Below are positions 1 through 5,448 of a stretch of 5,448 nucleotides of DNA, one piece after another. The DNA is taken from the IMG/VR virus record IMGVR_UViG_2548876697_000004; one strand, given 5' to 3'. Under the pieces are notes generated by a model. The model was not told where the DNA came from. It was given only the letters and a program-made list of their open reading frames with translations, and made no database searches. The translations under genes were made by a program, and so were the position numbers. Within the stretch, counting starts at the first letter, position 1; the number at the start of each line of letters is the position of its first letter. This stretch comes from a virus. Lineage: Duplodnaviria > Heunggongvirae > Uroviricota > Caudoviricetes.

Positions 1-695
1 CTCTGTGGGTTTACAACGGCAAGGGTGATGCTTATGCAAACCCGTTGTCAGACGATGACTGGCAGCGACTGGCTAAGGTGAAGGATCTGACGCCGGGCGA
101 GATGACGGCAGAATCCTACGATGATAACTACCTGGATGATGAAGATGCGGACTGGACCGCGACCGGGCAGGGGCAGAAATCCGCCGGAGATACCAGCTTC
201 ACGCTGGCGTGGATGCCCGGAGAGCAGGGGCAGCAGGCGCTGCTGGCGTGGTTTAATGAAGGTGATACCCGTGCCTATAAAATCCGCTTCCCGAACGGCA
301 CGGTCGATGTGTTCCGTGGCTGGGTCAGCAGTATCGGTAAGGCGGTGACGGCGAAGGAAGTGATCACCCGTACGGTGAAGGTCACCAATGTGGGCCGTCC
401 GTCAATGGCAGAAGATCGCAGTACGGTAACAGCGGCAACCGGTATGACCGTGACGCCTGCCAGCTCCTCGGTGGTGAAAGGGCAGGGCACCACGCTGACC
501 GTGGCATTCCAGCCGGAGGGCGCAACTGACAAGAGCTTCCGTGCGGTGTCAGCGGATAAAACAAAAGCCACCGTGTCGGTCAGTGGTATGACCATCACCG
601 TGAAAGGCGTTGCTGCAGGTAAGGTCAACATTCCGGTTGTATCCGGTAATGGTGAACTTGCTGCGGTTGCAGAAATCACTGTCACCGACAGTTAA
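1..695 (+). CDS. V: Major tail tube protein gpV, C-terminal ~230 aa (5'-truncated by the window edge; reading frame begins at nt 3; stop TAA 693-695)
   Basis: The frame is open from the window start (nt 3: [33 protein letters not shown]...) and runs to the TAA at 693-695. The translation matches my recollection of lambda gpV, including the C-terminal Ig-like region ([25 protein letters not shown]...[16 protein letters not shown]). The TTG at 45 used by the ORF track is only an artefact of ORF calling; the true start lies upstream of the window. Confidence 0.93.
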   Translation, partial: LWVYNGKGDAYANPLSDDDWQRLAKVKDLTPGEMTAESYDDNYLDDEDADWTATGQGQKSAGDTSFTLAWMPGEQGQQALLAWFNEGDTRAYKIRFPNGTVDVFRGWVSSIGKAVTAKEVITRTVKVTNVGRPSMAEDRSTVTAATGMTVTPASSSVVKGQGTTLTVAFQPEGATDKSFRAVSADKTKATVSVSGMTITVKGVAAGKVNIPVVSGNGELAAVAEITVTDS

Positions 696-710
696 TCCGG
701 AGAGTCAGCG

Positions 711-1133
711 ATGTTCCTGAAAACCGAATCATTTGAACATAACGGCGTGACCGTCACGCTTTCTGAACTGTCAGCCCTGCAGCGTATTGAGCATCTCGCC
801 CTGATGAAACGGCAGGCAGAACAGGCGGAGTCAGACAGCAACCGGAAGTTTACTGTGGAAGACGCCATCAGAACCGGTGCTTTTGTGGTAGCGATGTCCC
901 TGTGGCATAACCATCCGCAGAAGACAAAGCTGCCTTCCATGAATGAAGCCGTTAAACAGATTGAGCAGGAAGTGCTTACCACCTGGCCTACAGAGGCAAT
1001 TTCTCATGCTGAAAACGTGGTGTACCGGCTGTCCGGTATGTATGAGTTTGTGGTGAATGATGCCCCTGAACAGGCAGAGGACGCCGGGCCTGCAGAGCCT
1101 GTTTCTGCGGGAAAGTGTTCGACGGTGAGCTGA
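711..1133 (+). CDS. G: Tail assembly chaperone gpG (140 aa)
   Basis: ATG at 711 is preceded by a GGAG-containing RBS (ccGGAGagtcagcgATG). The 140-aa product (MFLKTESFEHNGVTVTLSELSALQRIEHLALMKRQAEQ...) matches lambda gpG in length and sequence, and sits in the expected position between V and T/H. Confidence 0.95.
   Translation: MFLKTESFEHNGVTVTLSELSALQRIEHLALMKRQAEQAESDSNRKFTVEDAIRTGAFVVAMSLWHNHPQKTKLPSMNEAVKQIEQEVLTTWPTEAISHAENVVYRLSGMYEFVVNDAPEQAEDAGPAEPVSAGKCSTVS
1109..1115 (+). promoter_or_regulatory. Programmed -1 ribosomal frameshift slippery heptamer G GGA AAG (G to G-T recoding site)
   Basis: GGGAAAG at 1109-1115 sits in the G zero frame as G|GGA|AAG (codons 1110-1112 and 1113-1115), which is the X XXY YYZ pattern. 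The -1 frame continuing from 1115 (gtg ttc gac... = VFDGELSF...) stays open to 1549, while the G frame terminates at 1133. Confidence 0.9.
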
Positions 1134-1549
1134 GTTTTGCCCTGAAACTGGCGCGTGAGATGGGGCGACCTGACTGGCGCGCCATGCTTGCCGGGATGTC
1201 ATCCACGGAGTATGCCGACTGGCACCGCTTTTACAGTACCCATTATTTTCATGATGTTCTGCTGGATATGCACTTTTCCGGGCTGACGTACACCGTGCTC
1301 AGCCTGTTTTTCAGCGATCCGGATATGCATCCGCTGGATTTCAGTCTGCTGAACCGGCGCGAGGCTGACGAAGAGCCTGAAGATGATGTGCTGATGCAGA
1401 AAGCGGCAGGGCTTGCCGGAGGTGTCCGCTTTGGCCCGGACGGGAATGAAGTTATCCCTACTTCCCCGGATGTGGCGGACATGACGGAGGATGATGTAAT
1501 GCTGATGACAGTATCAGAAGGGATCGCAGGAGGAGTCCGGTATGGCTGA
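1115..1549 (+). CDS. T: gpT-frame segment of the G-T tail assembly chaperone fusion; expressed only as gpG-T via -1 frameshift (effective product join 711..1115,1115..1549), not from an independent start
   Basis: The -1 frame relative to G is open from the slippery site to the TGA at 1547-1549 (144 codons: ...FALKLAREMGRPDWRAMLAGMSSTEYADWHRFYSTHYFHDVLLD...). No convincing RBS or ATG heads this frame, consistent with the frameshift-only expression known for lambda gpGT. The conserved G/GT arrangement immediately upstream of the tape measure gene supports the call. Confidence 0.9.
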   Translation: MFDGELSFALKLAREMGRPDWRAMLAGMSSTEYADWHRFYSTHYFHDVLLDMHFSGLTYTVLSLFFSDPDMHPLDFSLLNRREADEEPEDDVLMQKAAGLAGGVRFGPDGNEVIPTSPDVADMTEDDVMLMTVSEGIAGGVRYG

Positions 1550-4091
1550 ACCGGTAGGCGATCTGGTCGTTGATTTGAGTCTGGATGCGGCCAGATTTGA
1601 CGAGCAGATGGCCAGAGTCAGGCGTCATTTTTCCGGTACGGAAAGTGATGCGAAAAAAACAGCGGCAGTCGTTGAACAGTCACTGAGCCGACAGGCGCTG
1701 GCTGCACAGAAAGCGGGGATTTCCGTCGGGCAGTATAAAGCCGCCATGCGTATGCTGCCTGCACAGTTCACCGACGTGGCCACGCAGCTTGCAGGCGGGC
1801 AAAGTCCGTGGCTGATCCTGCTGCAACAGGGTGGTCAGGTTAAGGACTCCTTCGGCGGGATGATCCCCATGTTCAGGGGGCTTGCCGGTGCGATCACCCT
1901 GCCGATGGTGGGGGCCACCTCGCTGGCGGTGGCGACCGGTGCGCTGGCGTATGCCTGGTATCAGGGCAACTCAACCCTGTCCGATTTCAACAAAACGCTG
2001 GTCCTTTCCGGCAATCAGGCGGGACTGACGGCAGATCGTATGCTGGTCCTGTCCAGAGCCGGGCAGGCGGCAGGGCTGACGTTTAACCAGACCAGCGAGT
2101 CACTCAGCGCACTGGTTAAGGCGGGGGTAAGCGGTGAGGCTCAGATTGCGTCCATCAGCCAGAGTGTGGCGCGTTTCTCCTCTGCATCCGGCGTGGAGGT
2201 GGACAAGGTCGCTGAAGCCTTCGGGAAGCTGACCACAGACCCGACGTCGGGGCTGACGGCGATGGCACGCCAGTTCCATAACGTGACGGCGGAGCAGATT
2301 GCGTATGTTGCTCAGTTGCAGCGTTCCGGCGATGAAGCCGGGGCATTGCAGGCGGCGAACGAGGCCGCAACGAAAGGGTTTGATGACCAGACCCGCCGCC
2401 TGAAAGAGAACATGGGCACGCTGGAGACATGGGCAGACAGGACAGCGCGGGCCTTCAAATCCATGTGGGATGCGGTGCTGGATATTGGTCGTCCTGATAC
2501 CGCGCAGGAGATGCTGATTAAGGCAGAGGCTGCGTTTAAGAAAGCAGACGACATCTGGAATCTGCGCAAGGATGATTATTTTGTTAACGATGAAGCGCGG
2601 GCGCGTTACTGGGATGATCGTGAAAAGGCCCGTCTTGCGCTTGAAGCCGCCCGAAAGAAGGCTGAGCAGCAGACTCAACAGGACAAAAATGCGCAGCAGC
2701 AGAGCGATACCGAAGCGTCACGGCTGAAATACACCGAAGAGGCGCAGAAGGCTTACGAACGCCTGCAGACGCCGCTGGAGAAATATACCGCCCGTCAGGA
2801 AGAACTGAATAAGGCACTGAAAGACGGGAAAATCCTGCAGGCAGATTACAACACGCTGATGGCGGCGGCGAAAAAGGACTATGAAGCGACGCTGAAAAAG
2901 CCGAAACAGTCCGGCGTGAAGGTGTCTGCGGGCGATCGTCAGGAAGACAGTGCTCATGCTGCCCTGCTGACGCTTCAGGCTGAACTCCGGACGCTGGAGA
3001 AGCATGCCGGAGCAAATGAGAAAATCAGCCAGCAGCGCCGGGATTTGTGGAAGGCGGAGAGTCAGTTCGCGGTACTGGAGGAGGCGGCGCAACGTCGCCA
3101 GCTGTCTGCACAGGAGAAATCCCTGCTGGCGCATAAAAATGAGACGCTGGAGTATAAACGCCAGTTGGCTGCACTTGGCGACAAGGTTACGTATCAGGAG
3201 CGCCTGAACGCGCTGGCGCAGCAGGCGGATAAATTCGCACAGCAGCAACGGGCAAAACGGGCCGCTATTGATGCGAAAAGCCGGGGGCTGACTGACCGGC
3301 AGGCAGAACGGGAAGCCACGGAACAGCGCCTGAAGGAACAGTATGGCGATAATCCTCTGGCGCTGAATAACGTCATGTCAGAGCAGAAAAAGACCTGGGC
3401 GGCTGAAGACCAGCTTCGCGGGAGCTGGATGGCAGGCCTGAAGTCCGGCTGGAGTGAGTGGGAAGAGAGCGCCACGGACAGTATGTCGCAGGTAAAAAGT
3501 GCAGCCACGCAGACCTTTGATGGTATTGCACAGAATATGGCAGCGATGCTGACCGGCAGTGAGCAGAACTGGCGCAGCTTCACCCGTTCCGTGCTGTCCA
3601 TGATGACAGAAATTCTGCTTAAGCAGGCAATGGTGGGGATTGTCGGAAGTATAGGCAGCGCCATTGGCGGCGGCGCATCAGCGTCAGGCGGCACAGCCAT
3701 TCAGGCAGCTGCGGCGAAATTCCATTTTGCGAACGGAGGATTTACGGGAACCGGCGGCAAATATGAGCCAGCGGGGATTGTTCACCGTGGTGAATTTGTC
3801 TTCACGAAGGAGGCAACCAGCCGGATTGGCGTGGGAAATCTTTACCGGCTGATGCGCGGCTATGCCACCGGTGGTTATGTCGGTGGCACCGGAAGTCCGG
3901 CGCAAATGCGGCGTTCAGAGGGTATCAGATTTGAGCAGAACAACAACGTGGTGATTCAGAACGACGGTACGAATGGTCTGCCAGGTCCACAGATGCTGAA
4001 GGCCGTGTATGACATGGCCCGCAAGGGTGCCCGTGATGAAATTCAGGCACAGATGCGCGATGGTGGTCTGTTCTCCGGAGGTGGACGATGA
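1542..4091 (+). CDS. H: Tail tape measure protein gpH (849 aa)
   Basis: The ATG at 1542 overlaps the T-frame stop (ATGGCTGA). This long ORF has an N-terminal region followed by a hydrophobic segment (about aa 105-140), a long Ala/Gln/Glu/Lys/Arg-rich predicted coiled-coil centre (about aa 320-620), and a C-terminal hydrophobic plus Gly-rich segment (SVLSMMTEILLKQAMVGIVGSIGSAIGGGASASGG). Sequence and position after G/GT match lambda gpH. Confidence 0.96.
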   Translation: MAEPVGDLVVDLSLDAARFDEQMARVRRHFSGTESDAKKTAAVVEQSLSRQALAAQKAGISVGQYKAAMRMLPAQFTDVATQLAGGQSPWLILLQQGGQVKDSFGGMIPMFRGLAGAITLPMVGATSLAVATGALAYAWYQGNSTLSDFNKTLVLSGNQAGLTADRMLVLSRAGQAAGLTFNQTSESLSALVKAGVSGEAQIASISQSVARFSSASGVEVDKVAEAFGKLTTDPTSGLTAMARQFHNVTAEQIAYVAQLQRSGDEAGALQAANEAATKGFDDQTRRLKENMGTLETWADRTARAFKSMWDAVLDIGRPDTAQEMLIKAEAAFKKADDIWNLRKDDYFVNDEARARYWDDREKARLALEAARKKAEQQTQQDKNAQQQSDTEASRLKYTEEAQKAYERLQTPLEKYTARQEELNKALKDGKILQADYNTLMAAAKKDYEATLKKPKQSGVKVSAGDRQEDSAHAALLTLQAELRTLEKHAGANEKISQQRRDLWKAESQFAVLEEAAQRRQLSAQEKSLLAHKNETLEYKRQLAALGDKVTYQERLNALAQQADKFAQQQRAKRAAIDAKSRGLTDRQAEREATEQRLKEQYGDNPLALNNVMSEQKKTWAAEDQLRGSWMAGLKSGWSEWEESATDSMSQVKSAATQTFDGIAQNMAAMLTGSEQNWRSFTRSVLSMMTEILLKQAMVGIVGSIGSAIGGGASASGGTAIQAAAAKFHFANGGFTGTGGKYEPAGIVHRGEFVFTKEATSRIGVGNLYRLMRGYATGGYVGGTGSPAQMRRSEGIRFEQNNNVVIQNDGTNGLPGPQMLKAVYDMARKGARDEIQAQMRDGGLFSGGGR

Positions 4092-4417
4092 AAACCTTCC
4101 GCTGGAAAGTGAAACCCGGGATGGATGTGACATCGGCTCCTTCCGTCAGGGCGGTGCGCTTTGGTGATGGCTATTCCCAGCGTGCGCCTGCCGGGCTGAA
4201 CGCTGACCTGAAAACGTACAGCGTGACGCTGTCTGTCTCCCGTGAGGAGGCCACGGCGCTGGAGTCGTTTCTGGCTGAGCACGGGGGCTGGAAGGCCTTT
4301 CTGTGGACGCCGCCTTATGGTTACAGGCAGATAAAGGTGACCTGCGCAAAATGGTCGTCGCAGGTCAGTATGTTGCGTGTTGAGTTCAGCGCAGAGTTTG
4401 AACAGGTGGTGAACTGA
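4088..4417 (+). CDS. M: Minor tail protein gpM (109 aa), tail tip complex component
   Basis: The start overlaps the H stop in an ATGA arrangement (4088-4091). The 109-aa product (MKTFRWKVKPGMDVTSAPSVRAVRFGDGYSQRAPAGLNADLKTY...) matches lambda gpM in length and sequence. Confidence 0.95.
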   Translation: MKTFRWKVKPGMDVTSAPSVRAVRFGDGYSQRAPAGLNADLKTYSVTLSVSREEATALESFLAEHGGWKAFLWTPPYGYRQIKVTCAKWSSQVSMLRVEFSAEFEQVVN

Positions 4418-5115
4418 TGCAGGATGTCCGGCAGGAAACATTGAATGAATGCACCCGTGCGGAGCAGTCGGCCAGCGTGGTGCTCTGGGAAATCGACCTG
4501 ACAGAGGTCGGTGGAGAACGTTATTTTTTCTGTAATGAGCAGAACGAAAAAGGTGAGCCGGTCACCTGGCAGGGGCGACAGTATCAGCCGTATCCCATTC
4601 AGGGGAGTGGTTTTGAACTGAATGGCAAAGGCACCAGTACGCGCCCCACGCTGACGGTTTCTAACCTGTACGGTATGGTCACCGGGATGGCGGAAGATCT
4701 GCAGAGTCTGGTCGGCGGAACGGTGGTCCGGCGTAAGGTTTACGCCCGTTTTCTGGATGCGGTGAACTTCGTCAACGGAAACAGTGACGCCGATCCGGAG
4801 CAGGAGGTGATCAGCCGCTGGCGCATCGAGCAGTGCAGCGAACTGAGCGCGGTGAGTGCCTCCTTTGTACTGTCCACGCCGACGGAAACGGATGGCGCTG
4901 TTTTTCCGGGACGTATCATGCTGGCCAACACCTGCACCTGGACCTATCGCGGTGATGAGTGCGGTTATCACGGTCCGGCAGTCGCGGATGAATATGACCA
5001 GCCGACGTCCGATATCACGAAGGATAAATGCAGCAAATGCCTGAGCGGCTGTAAGTTTCGCAATAACGTCGGCAACTTTGGCGGCTTCCTTTCCATTAAC
5101 AAACTTTCGCAGTAA
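4417..5115 (+). CDS. L: Minor tail protein gpL (232 aa), tail tip complex protein with C-terminal Cys cluster
   Basis: The start overlaps the M stop (TGATG, sharing one nucleotide at 4417). The 232-aa product matches lambda gpL and carries the C-terminal cysteines C-x8-C...C-x2-C-x3-C (residues about 173, 182, 205, 208, 212). Confidence 0.95.
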   Translation: MQDVRQETLNECTRAEQSASVVLWEIDLTEVGGERYFFCNEQNEKGEPVTWQGRQYQPYPIQGSGFELNGKGTSTRPTLTVSNLYGMVTGMAEDLQSLVGGTVVRRKVYARFLDAVNFVNGNSDADPEQEVISRWRIEQCSELSAVSASFVLSTPTETDGAVFPGRIMLANTCTWTYRGDECGYHGPAVADEYDQPTSDITKDKCSKCLSGCKFRNNVGNFGGFLSINKLSQ

Positions 5116-5120
5116 ATCCC

Positions 5121-5448
5121 ATGACAGAGACAGAATCAGCGATTCTGGCGCACGCCCGGCGATGTGCGCCAGCGGAGTCGTGCGGCTTCGTGGTGAGAGC
5201 GCCGGAGGGGGAAAGATATTTTCCCTGCGTGAATATTTCCGGTGAGCCGGAGGCGTATTTCCGGATGGCTCCGGAGGACTGGCTGCAGGCAGAGATGCAG
5301 GGTGAGATTGTGGCGCTGGTCCACAGCCACCCCGGTGGTCTGCCCTGGCTGAGTGAGGCCGACCGGCGGCTGCAGGTGCAGAGTGATTTGCCGTGGTGGC
5401 TGGTCTGCCGGGGGACGATTCATAAGTTCCGCTGTGTGCCGCATCTCA
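5121..5448 (+). CDS. K: Tail tip assembly protein gpK, N-terminal 109 aa (3'-truncated by the window edge); JAMM/MPN-family domain
   Basis: ATG at 5121 lies 5 nt after the L stop. The frame is open to the window end (MTETESAILAHARRCAPAESCGFVVRAPEGERYFPCVNISGEPEAYF...) and contains an HxH-x7-S-x2-D motif (H68-S-H70...S78..D81). The sequence matches lambda gpK. Confidence 0.93.
   Translation, partial: MTETESAILAHARRCAPAESCGFVVRAPEGERYFPCVNISGEPEAYFRMAPEDWLQAEMQGEIVALVHSHPGGLPWLSEADRRLQVQSDLPWWLVCRGTIHKFRCVPHL

Noticed and set aside
121-348. Plus-strand alternative-frame ORF (75 aa) inside gpV, and similar small +-strand ORFs at 3004-3207, 3664-3852 and 4856-5044
   Set aside because: These are out-of-frame ORFs embedded in confidently called genes. 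Their products are Arg/Pro-rich (frame-shifted GC-rich codons) and I found no evidence of expression signals.
1115-1117. GTG at 1115 as an independent start codon for gpT (as implied by the ORF track's 'M' at 1115)
   Set aside because: There is no plausible RBS upstream, and this GTG is the last base of the slippery heptamer plus the following two bases. Established lambda biology says T is expressed only as the G-T fusion by -1 frameshifting, so the 'M' is an artefact of ORF-calling.
275-1202. Minus-strand ORFs 275-685, 382-564, 692-982, 831-1202 and 988-1206 overlapping V and G
   Set aside because: All are antisense to or out of frame with the gpV and gpG coding sequences, whose translations match lambda proteins, and none has independent support.
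2100-3015. Minus-strand ORFs 2100-2678, 2155-2430, 2312-2569 and 2584-3015 within the gpH region
   Set aside because: These are antisense overlapping ORFs in a GC-rich gene and are mutually overlapping in different frames, so they are statistical artefacts rather than genes.
2718-3700. Two long minus-strand ORFs (2718-3248, 176 aa; 3194-3700, 168 aa) antisense to the tape measure gene
   Set aside because: They lie entirely inside the well-supported gpH coding region on the opposite strand. Their translations are low-complexity and Arg/Leu/Cys-rich, which is typical of antisense shadows of GC-rich coding sequence. They have no RBS or known homology and do not fit the compact lambda gene organisation.
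3915-4441. Minus-strand ORFs 3684-3905, 3915-4133, 4043-4441 and 4146-4349 antisense to the H 3' end and M
   Set aside because: Same reasoning: they are antisense to well-supported tail genes with no independent support.
4321-4971. Minus-strand 216-aa ORF antisense to gpL and the 3' end of gpM
   Set aside because: It is an antisense shadow ORF within two confidently assigned tail genes, with no recognisable domain, no start context, and composition typical of a non-coding frame.
5136-5444. Minus-strand 102-aa ORF antisense to gpK
   Set aside because: It overlaps the gpK N-terminal domain, which carries a clean JAMM motif on the + strand, so the antisense frame is a shadow ORF.
1-5448. The possibility that this window holds a novel or undescribed system (defence island, toxin-antitoxin, moron cargo)
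   Set aside because: Every nucleotide is accounted for by the seven canonical lambdoid tail genes, with gaps or overlaps of 15 nt or less. There is no unexplained ORF, repeat array or non-coding region that could house an additional system, so claiming novelty would be unsupported.

Overview
This window is the tail-assembly module of a lambda-like (lambdoid) siphovirus or prophage, with every gene on the + strand in the canonical order V (3' part) - G - G-T frameshift product - H (tape measure) - M - L - K (5' part). The proteins match my recollection of phage lambda gpV, gpG, gpT, gpH, gpM, gpL and gpK almost residue for residue, although I could not run an alignment to confirm exact identity. 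Genes are tightly packed with overlapping stop/start codons, and there is no inserted cargo gene, RNA gene, CRISPR array or mobile element. The window was presented as possibly containing an undescribed system, but I see no evidence for one. The notable points are all well-characterised lambda biology: the G-T -1 frameshift site, the tape-measure architecture, the Fe-S cysteine cluster in gpL, the JAMM/MPN motif in gpK and the Ig-like C-terminal domain of gpV. The minus-strand ORFs in the track are antisense shadows of the tail genes and are rejected.
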